Sequence record: NZ_CP044080.1
DNA from: a plasmid
Length of the DNA: 64,000 nt
Strand: one strand, 5' to 3'
The notes below the pieces were generated by a model. The model did no database searches. It was not told where the DNA came from and saw only the letters and a program-made list of their open reading frames with translations. The position numbers and the translations under genes are program-made. This document shows positions 9,777 to 18,588 of the stretch, piece by piece; positions within the stretch are counted from its first letter, which is position 1, and each line of letters opens with the position of its first letter.

Positions 9777-10802
9777 GTGGCGCGCGGCGATCCCGACCGG
9801 CTGCATGGCCGGGGCCCCCGGGCGATGCTGGACAGCCTGCCGCTGGCCCTGGCCTTTCTGGTGGGCACCATCGGCGGCGTGGCGCTGAAACTGGCCGAGG
9901 CGCCGGCGCTGCTGACCGCGGGCTTTGCCGCGGCCGTGCTGGTCGCCTATGCGCTGTTCAGCTATGCCGCGACCCGGTTGCGGCTGGACACGGAAACCAT
10001 CGGCGACAACTGCTATTACCTCGGCTTCCTGTTCACGCTGACCAGCCTGGCCGTGACGCTGTATTTCGTGGTCGAGGCCGCGCCGGAGACGCGCGCCGAC
10101 CTGATCCCGCAGGTGATCTCGGGCTTCGGGGTGGCGCTATCGTCCACCATCGTGGGGGTGTTCCTGCGGGTGCTGATGATGCAGCTGCGCGTCGATCTGG
10201 ACCTGCGCGAACGCCGCACGAGGATCGAGCTGGACGAGGCCGCCCGGCGCTTCCGGTCCGAACTGGGCGTCAGCCTGGGCCGGGTCAAGAACTTCTCGAC
10301 CGAAAGCCTGCAACACGCCTCCGAGCGCGAGGACAGGATGCGCGAGGCGATGGACCGGCTGATGGCCCAGATGCAGGCCGAACTGCTGAAATCGGCCGCC
10401 GACTTCGGCCCGGCGCTGCGCGACGCCATGCGCGCCCAGACCGATCAGGTCATGGCCGACGTGACCGAGGCGGTGCGCGAAAGCTCGACCGCCGCCTGCG
10501 AGGCGATCCGCCAGGCCATGACCGAACTGGCGCAGGTCGCGCAGGCCTTCAGCCGCGACCAGGCCGGGGCGGCGCAGGCCGTGGCGCAAAGCGTGGACAG
10601 CCTGAAAGCCAGCGCCGAGGCCCTGGCCCTGGGCACGGAACAAAGCCTTGCCCGGCTGAACGCCGCCGCGACCGGCGGGGCGGACTGGGCCGAAAGCCTC
10701 GGCGCCCGGATCGAGGCCGAGACCGAGGCTCTGGGCGCCGCCCTGTCGAACGCCGCCCGCCGCCTGGACCAGGTCGCGCCCCAAGGCTCGGGCGATGCCT
10801 AG
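9777..10802 (+). CDS. MotA/TolQ/ExbB-like proton-channel protein with a C-terminal coiled-coil tail (member 3; ZorA-like architecture)
   Basis: 341 aa with a GTG start directly after the upstream stop; an alternative ATG lies at 9825. Four N-terminal TM helices are present. The last two carry ExbB/MotA-type signatures: YLGFLFTLTSLAVTLYF resembles ExbB YIGLLGTVWGIM, and ISGFGVALSSTIVGVFLRVL resembles ExbB/MotA AL-TT--G-V-AIP. A ~200-aa Ala/Glu/Arg/Gln-rich coiled-coil tail follows. Confidence 0.65.
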   Translation: MARGDPDRLHGRGPRAMLDSLPLALAFLVGTIGGVALKLAEAPALLTAGFAAAVLVAYALFSYAATRLRLDTETIGDNCYYLGFLFTLTSLAVTLYFVVEAAPETRADLIPQVISGFGVALSSTIVGVFLRVLMMQLRVDLDLRERRTRIELDEAARRFRSELGVSLGRVKNFSTESLQHASEREDRMREAMDRLMAQMQAELLKSAADFGPALRDAMRAQTDQVMADVTEAVRESSTAACEAIRQAMTELAQVAQAFSRDQAGAAQAVAQSVDSLKASAEALALGTEQSLARLNAAATGGADWAESLGARIEAETEALGAALSNAARRLDQVAPQGSGDA

Positions 10803-11835
10803 GATCGCGCCCCGCCCCGGCGGCAGCCGCGACTACAAGCGCGGCGCGATCATGGGCCTGACCGTGGCCGAGGCCTTCATCCTGCTGGCCTTCTGCCTGC
10901 TTCTGCTGTTCACCTGGTGGCAGGTGGAAACCGAGAAACGCTCGATCACCGTGGCCGAACGCATCGGCGAACTGACCGAGCAGCAAAAGCAGGATCTGGT
11001 CGCCGGCCTGTCCGACGGCACCTTCGACCTGGCCCGCACGCTGCGCGAGGCGGGCATCGTCGGCGGAGAACGGGCCTTGGCCGAAACCAGCCAATACAGC
11101 CGCTTCATGCGCGAGGAAGATCTGAAGCGCCTGATGCAGGCCACGGTGGAGCTGTCCCCCGACACCCGCCTGACCCTGGCCGACGCGGTCGAGGTCACGC
11201 CCGAAGCCGAGCTGCGCGATGCCTTGCGGAAACTGGCCGCGCGCGAGGACAGCGTCGAACAGGCCAGCCGCCGCCTGGCCGAGGCGGCCGCGACCCAGGA
11301 CCGCGCCGTCGCCATGCTGGACCGCGCCCTTGGCCAGGACATCCGCGCGGCCGGCGGGCAGATCGACGGGAACGGCACGATCACCCTGCCCCAGAACGTC
11401 CTGTTCGACCCCGGCAGCGACCGCATTCGCAACCTGCCCTTCCTGCGCGACTTCTGCACCGCCTGGATCGGCACGCTGCGCGATTCGGGACTGGACATCG
11501 CGAACCTCAAGATCGAGGGCCATGCCTCGAGCGAGGGGCGGCCGGGCGAGACGCCCGAGCAGGCCTATCTGTCGAACCTGGACCTGTCGCAGCGCCGTGC
11601 GCAGAACGCGCTGACGACCTGCCTGAACGGCATCCGCGACCCCCGGACGCTGGCCTGGGCGCGCGAACACCTGTCGGCGGCGGGCTATTCCTCGGCCCGG
11701 CCGGTGGTGCAGGCCGACGGCAGCGAGGACCGCGAAAAATCCCGCCGCGTGATGTTTGCCATGGACGTGGACCGCGAGGCGCTGATCGACGGCATCCGCG
11801 AGGACCTGACAAGCACCCCGCCCGCCTTGCCCTAA
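10795..11835 (+). CDS. MotB/OmpA-like protein (member 4): N-terminal TM plug helix plus C-terminal OmpA-type peptidoglycan-binding domain
   Basis: 346 aa, overlapping the upstream gene by 8 nt. The TM segment TVAEAFILLAFCLLLLF aligns to MotB TYADLMTLLLAFFVVLW with Glu in place of the conserved Asp. The C-terminal domain (ITLPQNVLFDPGSDRIRNLPFLRDFCTAWIGTLRDSG…IEGHASSEG…NLDLSQRRAQNALTTCL…ARPVVQADGSEDREKSRRVMF) is OmpA/MotB-like. Confidence 0.75.
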   Translation: MPRIAPRPGGSRDYKRGAIMGLTVAEAFILLAFCLLLLFTWWQVETEKRSITVAERIGELTEQQKQDLVAGLSDGTFDLARTLREAGIVGGERALAETSQYSRFMREEDLKRLMQATVELSPDTRLTLADAVEVTPEAELRDALRKLAAREDSVEQASRRLAEAAATQDRAVAMLDRALGQDIRAAGGQIDGNGTITLPQNVLFDPGSDRIRNLPFLRDFCTAWIGTLRDSGLDIANLKIEGHASSEGRPGETPEQAYLSNLDLSQRRAQNALTTCLNGIRDPRTLAWAREHLSAAGYSSARPVVQADGSEDREKSRRVMFAMDVDREALIDGIREDLTSTPPALP

Positions 11836-11850
11836 CCCGCGCGGGTCATG
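11836..11850 (+). terminator. Possible hairpin right after the cluster stop codon (ACCCGCG/CGCGGGT), with no U-tract
   Basis: An inverted repeat acccgcgcgggt immediately follows the TAA at 11833-11835. Confidence 0.25.
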
Positions 11851-11971
11851 CTGCACATGCAGAAACTTTTTCACCGCAAGATTACACTTGCTCATGCAGC
11901 AGGTGTGGGCTTACACTTTGCCTGTCCTGCAATGCCGACCTGTGCAGGATCCGCGCAACTCGGGGGGAGCG

Positions 11972-12745
11972 TTGAGCGATTTCGTGCGTCAGGACAGGAT
12001 TGTGGCCCTGCTGGATGAGCGACCTTTCGCATCGGTGCGCGATCTGCAAAAGCTGATCGGCGTGTCGGGCGCCACCATCCGCCGCGACATCGAAAAGCTG
12101 AACGACGCCGGACGGGCCCGCAAGGTCTATGGCGGGGTCGCGGCGATCGAACGCGGCACGCGCACGGCCGCGCTGCCTTTCGTGGAAAACCGCGACATCG
12201 CAGTCGCCGCCAAGCGGGCCATCGCGCGCGAGGCCGAGCGGCTGGTCCAGGACGGCACCGCCATCATGATCCACGGCGGATCGACCTGCTTTCACTTCGG
12301 CTGTCGCATCGCACATCGCAACCTGCGCGTCTTCACGAACTCGATGCCGCTGGCCGCCTACCTGTCGGAATACGGCACCTGCCTTCTGACCGTGGGCGGG
12401 GGCGACCTGCATCGCGATCCAGGCATCCTTTATGATGTGTCGGACCACCTGTCGCGCTTCTATGCGGCGCAGTTCTTTGTCGGCGCGCTGGGGGTCAGCG
12501 ACCAGGGCATTCTGGAACAGCACCCGCTGCTGGTGCGCCTGGCCGACGAGATGAGCCGGACCGCCTCCGAGGTGATCCTGCTGGCCGACAGCCGCAAGTT
12601 CAGCGTCCGCCCCCCGACCGTCGCCCTGCCCTTTTCCCGCATCAGCCGCGTCGTCACCGACGACGGCCTCAGCGACGCCCATGCCCGGATGCTGGAGCGG
12701 GCGGGCGTCGAGGTCATCGTCGCCCAGATCGAGAGGGAACCATGA
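11972..12745 (+). CDS. DeoR/GlpR-family transcriptional regulator
   Basis: Within ORF 11888..12745. The HTH is [34 protein letters not shown] and the C-terminus is a DeoR sugar-binding domain. The start is uncertain: TTG at 11972 follows GGGGGGAG, and GTG at 11984 is an alternative. Confidence 0.75.
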   Translation: MSDFVRQDRIVALLDERPFASVRDLQKLIGVSGATIRRDIEKLNDAGRARKVYGGVAAIERGTRTAALPFVENRDIAVAAKRAIAREAERLVQDGTAIMIHGGSTCFHFGCRIAHRNLRVFTNSMPLAAYLSEYGTCLLTVGGGDLHRDPGILYDVSDHLSRFYAAQFFVGALGVSDQGILEQHPLLVRLADEMSRTASEVILLADSRKFSVRPPTVALPFSRISRVVTDDGLSDAHARMLERAGVEVIVAQIEREP

Positions 12746-14289
12746 GCCCGTCACCCATCCTTGAGATGCGCAACATCTCCAAGACCTTCGGGCCGGTGCG
12801 CGCGCTGCGCGACGTCAGCCTGACGGTCTATCGCGGCGAACTGCATGCCCTGATGGGCGAGAACGGCGCCGGCAAGTCGACGCTGATGAAGATCCTGTCG
12901 GGCGCCTATATCGCCGATCCCGGCGGCAGCATCACCATCGAGGGAAAGCCCCAGGCCGAGGCGCGCGGCGCCGTCGCCGTGATCTATCAGGAACTGTCGC
13001 TGGCCCCGAACCTGACCGTGGCCGAGAACATGTTCCTGGGGCGCGAGATCGCGACGCGCGGCGTCGTGGACCGCGCCGGCACCCGCGAATGCGCCCAGCC
13101 GATCCTGGACCGGCTGGGGGTCAGCTTCGACGCGCGCACCTTGGTGGGCACCCTGTCGCTGGGCGAACGCCAGATGGTGGAAATCGCCCGCGCCCTGACC
13201 ACCGACGCCCGGCTGATCGTGATGGACGAGCCTACGACCTCGCTGTCGGCGCGCGAAACCGAGCGCCTGTTCGAAGTCATCGCCCGGCTGAAGTCCGAAG
13301 GCATCGCGATCATCTACATCAGCCACCGCATGGAGGAGGTCTATGCCTTGGCCGACCGCTGCTCGGTCCTGCGCGACGGGGTCTATATCGGCACGTTGGA
13401 CCGCGACGAGCTTTCGGCGGCGCGGCTGGTGCAGATGATGGTCGGCCGCGACCTGGACAGTTTCTACAAAAAGGAACACATCGCCTCGCCCGACCATTCC
13501 GGCACGCCGCTGATGCGGGTGCGCGACATGGCGGACGGCAGGCTGGTCAAGCCCTGCTCGTTCGACCTGTACCGGGGCGAGGTGCTGGGCATCGCGGGGC
13601 TGGTCGGCTCGGGCCGGACAGAGCTGGCGCGGCTGATCTATGGCGCCGATCCGCGCGTCAGCGGCACGGTGGAGCTGGACGGCAAGCCCGTCGCCACCAC
13701 GGACCCGCGCACCAGCCTGGCAAGCGGCATCGCCTATCTGACCGAGGACCGCGCCAAGCTGGGCCTGTTCCTGGACATGTCCATATCCGACAACGTGAAC
13801 GTGGGCGTGATCCAGCGCGACGCGGGCACCGGGGGACTGCTGAACTTCGCCGCCGCCGCACGGCGGGCGGGCGATGCGATCAAGGCGCTGGCGGTCAAGG
13901 CGCCCTCGGCCAAGATGCCGGTCGGCGGCCTGTCGGGCGGCAACCAGCAGAAGGTGCTGATCGCGCGGCTTCTGGAAACCGGCCCCCGCGTCGTCATCCT
14001 GGACGAACCCACGCGCGGCGTGGACGTGGGCGCGAAATCCGAAATCTACAAGCTGATCGACGGACTGGCCCGGCGCGGCGTCGGCGTCATCGTCATATCC
14101 AGCGAACTGGCCGAGATCATCGGCACCTGCGACCGCGTGCTGGCCATGCGCGAGGGCCATATCGCGGGCGAGGTCGCATCATACCCCGGCCAGCCGATCA
14201 GCCAGGAAGCCATCATGGAACTGTCGACCGGCACCGCGGCCGGCGCGACGACTGGAACGGCGGCCGAACCCGCCACGGAAGGAGCGTGA
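12742..14289 (+). CDS. Sugar ABC transporter ATP-binding protein with duplicated ABC domains (RbsA/MglA-like)
   Basis: 515 aa. There are two Walker A motifs (GENGAGKST and GLVGSGRT), two LSGG signatures and two Walker B motifs. Confidence 0.9.
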   Translation: MSPSPILEMRNISKTFGPVRALRDVSLTVYRGELHALMGENGAGKSTLMKILSGAYIADPGGSITIEGKPQAEARGAVAVIYQELSLAPNLTVAENMFLGREIATRGVVDRAGTRECAQPILDRLGVSFDARTLVGTLSLGERQMVEIARALTTDARLIVMDEPTTSLSARETERLFEVIARLKSEGIAIIYISHRMEEVYALADRCSVLRDGVYIGTLDRDELSAARLVQMMVGRDLDSFYKKEHIASPDHSGTPLMRVRDMADGRLVKPCSFDLYRGEVLGIAGLVGSGRTELARLIYGADPRVSGTVELDGKPVATTDPRTSLASGIAYLTEDRAKLGLFLDMSISDNVNVGVIQRDAGTGGLLNFAAAARRAGDAIKALAVKAPSAKMPVGGLSGGNQQKVLIARLLETGPRVVILDEPTRGVDVGAKSEIYKLIDGLARRGVGVIVISSELAEIIGTCDRVLAMREGHIAGEVASYPGQPISQEAIMELSTGTAAGATTGTAAEPATEGA

Positions 14290-14290
14290 A

Positions 14291-15265
14291 ATGACCGACC
14301 AGACCAGCCCCGCCGCCCGCCAGCGCCTGCGCACCATGATGAGCGTGGTGGGCATGTTGCCCGTGCTGATCCTGCTTGCCGTGATTTTCGAGGTCATGAG
14401 CGGCCGGTTCATGTCGGTCAACAACCTGTCGAACGTCATGCAGCAGGCCTCGATCAACATCGTCCTGGCCTCGGGGATGACCTTCGTGATCCTGACCGGG
14501 GGGATCGACCTGTCGGTGGGCTCGATCCTGGCCACCTCGGCGATGGTCGCGGTCATCGTCTCGCTGATCCCCGAGGTCGGCTGGCTGGGCGTCCCGGCGG
14601 CGATGGGGGTGGGACTGGCCTGCGGGCTTGCGAACGGCATCCTGATATCGGCGTTGAAGCTGCCGCCCTTCATCGTGACGCTGGGGTCGCTGACCGCCGT
14701 CCGGGGCATAGCCCGGCTTCTGGGCAACGACACCACCGTCTTCAACCCCGACCTGCCCTTCGACGTGATCGGCAACGGCAGCCTGTTCGGCATCCCCTGG
14801 CTTGCGATCATCGCCTTCGTGGTGGTGCTGGCCTCCTGGTTCGTCCTGAAACGCACCGTGCTTGGCACCTGGATCTATGCCACCGGCGGCAACCCCGAGG
14901 CGGCGCGCCTGACCGGCATCAAGGTGCCGGTGGTGCTGCTGTTCGTCTATGGCATCTCGGGCCTGTTCGCGGGCCTGGGCGGCGCGATGGCGGCGGCGCG
15001 GCTTTACGCGGCGAACGGGCTGCAACTGGGCCAGGCCTATGAACTGGACGCCATCGCCGCGGTGATCCTGGGCGGCACCAGTTTCGTCGGCGGCATCGGC
15101 TCGATCTGGGGAACGCTCGTGGGCGCGCTCATCATCGCGGTGCTGTCGAACGGGCTGATCCTGATCGGGGTCAGCGACATCTGGCAATATATCGTCAAGG
15201 GCCTCGTCATCATCGCGGCCGTGGCGCTGGACCGCTATCGCCAGAAGGGCGGCGCGCGGACCTGA
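14291..15265 (+). CDS. Sugar ABC transporter permease (RbsC/AraH-like)
   Basis: 324 aa polytopic membrane protein with a typical RbsC-type permease fold, directly after the ATPase gene. Confidence 0.88.
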   Translation: MTDQTSPAARQRLRTMMSVVGMLPVLILLAVIFEVMSGRFMSVNNLSNVMQQASINIVLASGMTFVILTGGIDLSVGSILATSAMVAVIVSLIPEVGWLGVPAAMGVGLACGLANGILISALKLPPFIVTLGSLTAVRGIARLLGNDTTVFNPDLPFDVIGNGSLFGIPWLAIIAFVVVLASWFVLKRTVLGTWIYATGGNPEAARLTGIKVPVVLLFVYGISGLFAGLGGAMAAARLYAANGLQLGQAYELDAIAAVILGGTSFVGGIGSIWGTLVGALIIAVLSNGLILIGVSDIWQYIVKGLVIIAAVALDRYRQKGGART

Positions 15266-15301
15266 ACCCTTTCACAACGCATATAACGGGAGGAAAACCA
15301 C

Positions 15302-16240
15302 ATGCGTTTCACGAAAACCCTGGCCTCGGCGCTTGCCCTGGCGGCGGTCTCGGCGGTGCCGGTCGCGGCCAAGGACCTCAACAGCGTCGGCATCTCGGTC
15401 GGGCTTCTGGGCAACCCCTTCTTCGTCGCCACCATCAAGGGGATCGAGGATGCGGCCAAGAAGATCAACCCGAACGTCAAGGTCACCTCGGTTTCGGCCG
15501 ACTACGACCTGAACAAGCAGGTCAGCCAGATCGACAGCTTCGTCGCGGCGGGCGTGGACATCATCATGCTGAACGCCGTCGACGCCCAGGCCATCGGCCC
15601 GGCCGTCAAGCGCGCGACCGACGCCGGCGTGATCGTCGCGGCCTTTGACGTGTCGGCCCCCGGCGCGACCGTCACCGTGATGACGAACAACGTCCAGGCC
15701 GGCGAAAAGGCCTGCGCCTATCTGGCCGAGAAGCTGGGCGGCAAGGGCGACATCGTCATCGTGAACGGCCCCTCGTCGTCCTCGATCCTGGACCGGGTCA
15801 AGGGCTGCAAGGACGAGCTGGCCAAGCACCCCGACATGAAGATCCTGTCCGACGACCAGAACGCTCAGGGCTCGCGCGATGGCGGGCTGAACGTGGGCCA
15901 GACCCTGCTGACCCGCTTCGACAAGATCGACGGGGTGTTCGCGATCAACGACCCGACCGCCATCGGCTTTTCGCTGGCGGCCAAGCAGGCCAACCGCAAC
16001 GAATTCATCATCACCGCGGTCGACGGCGCCCCCGACATCGAGAACGAGCTGAAATCCGGCGATGGGCTGATCAAGGCCTCGGCCTCGCAGGACCCCTACA
16101 CCATGGCGGGCCAGGCGCTGGAAATGGGCTATCAGGCGCTGCAGGGAACCGTGCCCGACCCCGACACCGTCCTGCTGGAGCCCGAGTTGATCACCCATGA
16201 CAACATCGGCGAATACAAGGGCTGGACCTCGCCCCGCTAA
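15302..16240 (+). CDS. Periplasmic sugar-binding protein (RbsB-like, PBP type I)
   Basis: 312 aa with a signal peptide MRFTKTLASALALAAVSAVPVAA. LacI/RbsB-type periplasmic binding fold motifs are present. Confidence 0.88.
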   Translation: MRFTKTLASALALAAVSAVPVAAKDLNSVGISVGLLGNPFFVATIKGIEDAAKKINPNVKVTSVSADYDLNKQVSQIDSFVAAGVDIIMLNAVDAQAIGPAVKRATDAGVIVAAFDVSAPGATVTVMTNNVQAGEKACAYLAEKLGGKGDIVIVNGPSSSSILDRVKGCKDELAKHPDMKILSDDQNAQGSRDGGLNVGQTLLTRFDKIDGVFAINDPTAIGFSLAAKQANRNEFIITAVDGAPDIENELKSGDGLIKASASQDPYTMAGQALEMGYQALQGTVPDPDTVLLEPELITHDNIGEYKGWTSPR

Positions 16241-16297
16241 GGACCAACGGGCCGTGCGGCGCGCGCCGCGCGGCCCTTTCCCAAAGGAACCCGACCC

Positions 16298-16993
16298 ATG
16301 ACCGACGACGAGCTGCGCCGCGCCGTCCTTGACGCCAATCTGGACACCGTGCACCACGGGCTAGTGATCTCGACCTTCGGCAACGCCAGCGGCATCGACC
16401 GCAATGCCGGCCGCATCCTGATCAAGCCCAGCGGCGTGGCCTATGACCGCCTGACCCCGGCCGACATGGTGCCCTGCGACCTGGATGGCCGCAGCCTGGA
16501 CAACCGGCTGCGCCCCTCCTCGGACCTGGCGACCCATGCGGTGCTGTATCGGGCTTTCGCGGACATCGGCGGCGTGGTCCATACCCATTCGACCTATGCG
16601 ACCATCATGGCCCAGTCCCACCGGCCGGTCCCCTGCCTGGGCACCACCCATGCCGATTACTTCCACGGCACGATCCCGGTGACGCGCGACCTGACGGCCG
16701 AGGAGATCGCCCAGGATTACGTCGGCAACACCGGCGCCGTCATCGTGGAAACCTTTGCTGACCTCGACCCGCTGGCGATCCCCGCTGTCCTGGTTGCGGG
16801 CCATGGCCCCTTCACCTGGGGCCGCACCCCGGCCGAGGCCGTCCACAACGCCCTGATCCTGGAGCAGGTCGCGAAAATGGCGTGGCATGCCATGGTCTTG
16901 AACCCGGATCCTCAACCGATTTCGCAGGCGCTTCTGGACCGCCACTTCCTGCGCAAGCACGGTGCGCAGGCCACTTACGGACAGGATGGCTAG
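16298..16993 (+). CDS. Class II aldolase/epimerase, L-ribulose-5-phosphate 4-epimerase (AraD/SgbE)-like
   Basis: 231 aa. Motifs FGNASGIDR, IKPSGV and HTHSTYA match the AraD family. Confidence 0.85.
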   Translation: MTDDELRRAVLDANLDTVHHGLVISTFGNASGIDRNAGRILIKPSGVAYDRLTPADMVPCDLDGRSLDNRLRPSSDLATHAVLYRAFADIGGVVHTHSTYATIMAQSHRPVPCLGTTHADYFHGTIPVTRDLTAEEIAQDYVGNTGAVIVETFADLDPLAIPAVLVAGHGPFTWGRTPAEAVHNALILEQVAKMAWHAMVLNPDPQPISQALLDRHFLRKHGAQATYGQDG

Positions 16994-16994
16994 G

Positions 16995-18572
16995 ATGATC
17001 GTCGCAGGCGTCGATTTCGGCACGCTCAGCGTGCGCGTCACCCTGATGGATTGCGATGACGGCGCGACGCTGGGCGGCGCGGTCGCGTCCTATCCGCTGA
17101 AACGCAGCGCCGCCGATCCGCTGCTGGGCGCGCAGTCCCACGACGACCAGATGGATGCCCTGGCCCGCGCCATGCGCGAGGCGGTGGCCAAGGCGGGCAT
17201 CCGGGGCGAGGCGGTGGCGGCGCTGGCCTGCGACACCACCGGATCAAGCGTCGTGATGGTCGACCGGGACCTGCGCCCGCTGGCCGACTATTACCTGTGG
17301 TGCGACCACCGCGCCCATCGCGAGGCCGAGGAGATCACCGCCCTTGGCCGCGCCGAGGGGCTCGAGGCGCTGAAATGGTGCGGCGGGACCTATTCGCACG
17401 AATGGGGCTATGCCAAGGTCCTGCATTTCCTGCGCCACAACCCGGACCTGCGGGACCGCTTCGCCACCGCGCTGGAACATTGCGACATGGTGGCGGCGAC
17501 GCTGTGCGGCATCCGCGATCCGGCCGATCTGGCGCGCAGCATCTGCGCGGCCGGGCACAAGTGGATGTATGGCGCCGCCTGGGGTGGGCTGCCGCCGCAG
17601 GATTTCCTGAGCCGCGTCGATCCGCTGCTTGACGGGATCAACGAACGGCTTGCCGGCCGCTTCCTGACCTCGGATGCCGTCGCGGGGCACCTGTCGCCGG
17701 AATGGGCCGAACGACTGGGCCTCGCGCCCGGCATTCCGGTGCCCGTGGGCGCCTTTGACGCGCATTGGGACGCGGTGGGCGCGGGCGCGCGGCCCGGCGA
17801 CATCGTGAACGTGGTCGGCACCTCGACCTGCATCATCGCCATGGGGCCACAGGGCTTTCCGCCCGTGCCCGGCCTTTGCGGCGTGGTGCCAGGCAGCGTC
17901 CTGCCCGGCTGGACCGGGATCGAGGCCGGCCAGTCCGCCACCGGCGACGTCTTCGACGCCATCGCCCGGCGCGCCGGCCGCGACGTGGCGGCGCTATGTG
18001 CCGAGGTCGCCCACCTGCCCCCCGGCGGCAGCGGGCTGATGCGGTTGAACTGGGACAATGGCGACCGCACGGTGCTGGTGCGCCCGGACCTGGGCGCGGT
18101 CACGCTGGGCTGGGACCTGAACCACACCGCCGCGGACGAGATGCACGCCGCGATCGAGGGCATGGCCATGCATGTCCGCATCATCACCGAGCGCATCGAG
18201 CAGGGCGGGATGGAAACCGCCCGTATCGTCAACGCCGGCGGCATCCCGCAGCGCAACGACCTGCTGAACCAGGTCTATGCCGATGTGCTGGGGCGCGAAG
18301 TGCATGTCCCCGCCCAGTCCCCCGTGGGCACCGGCTCGTGCATCTTTGCCGCGATGGCGGCGGGGGCCTTCGACACGTTCCAGGTGGCGCAGCAGGTCCT
18401 GTGCCCGCCCACCCGGGTGTTTTTCCCGCGTGGCGGCTATGACGCTCTGAACGCCCTGTTCCGCGACCTTTACTTCGGCTTGGGCGAAGGGCGGCCGCTG
18501 GACCTGGCGGGGGTTCTGCCGCAGCTGCGGGCCTTTCGCCTGCAAGGCGCCGGGGCGCGCGGCCATGACTAG
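16995..18572 (+). CDS. FGGY-family carbohydrate kinase (ribulokinase/xylulokinase-like)
   Basis: The N-terminus MIVAGVDFGTLSVRVTL is the FGGY phosphate-1 motif. An ATG at 16986 is an alternative start. The ORF as listed begins at 16962. Confidence 0.85.
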   Translation: MIVAGVDFGTLSVRVTLMDCDDGATLGGAVASYPLKRSAADPLLGAQSHDDQMDALARAMREAVAKAGIRGEAVAALACDTTGSSVVMVDRDLRPLADYYLWCDHRAHREAEEITALGRAEGLEALKWCGGTYSHEWGYAKVLHFLRHNPDLRDRFATALEHCDMVAATLCGIRDPADLARSICAAGHKWMYGAAWGGLPPQDFLSRVDPLLDGINERLAGRFLTSDAVAGHLSPEWAERLGLAPGIPVPVGAFDAHWDAVGAGARPGDIVNVVGTSTCIIAMGPQGFPPVPGLCGVVPGSVLPGWTGIEAGQSATGDVFDAIARRAGRDVAALCAEVAHLPPGGSGLMRLNWDNGDRTVLVRPDLGAVTLGWDLNHTAADEMHAAIEGMAMHVRIITERIEQGGMETARIVNAGGIPQRNDLLNQVYADVLGREVHVPAQSPVGTGSCIFAAMAAGAFDTFQVAQQVLCPPTRVFFPRGGYDALNALFRDLYFGLGEGRPLDLAGVLPQLRAFRLQGAGARGHD

Positions 18573-18588
18573 CGCGTCTTGCGCCCTG

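Noticed and set aside
7531-11835. Calling the four-gene cluster a bona fide Zorya type I/II system
   Set aside because: ZorC/ZorD/ZorE-like genes are absent (no DNA-binding plus helicase/nuclease, no HNH). The gene order and tail length differ, and there is no defence-island context. It is reported as Zorya-like or new rather than as Zorya.
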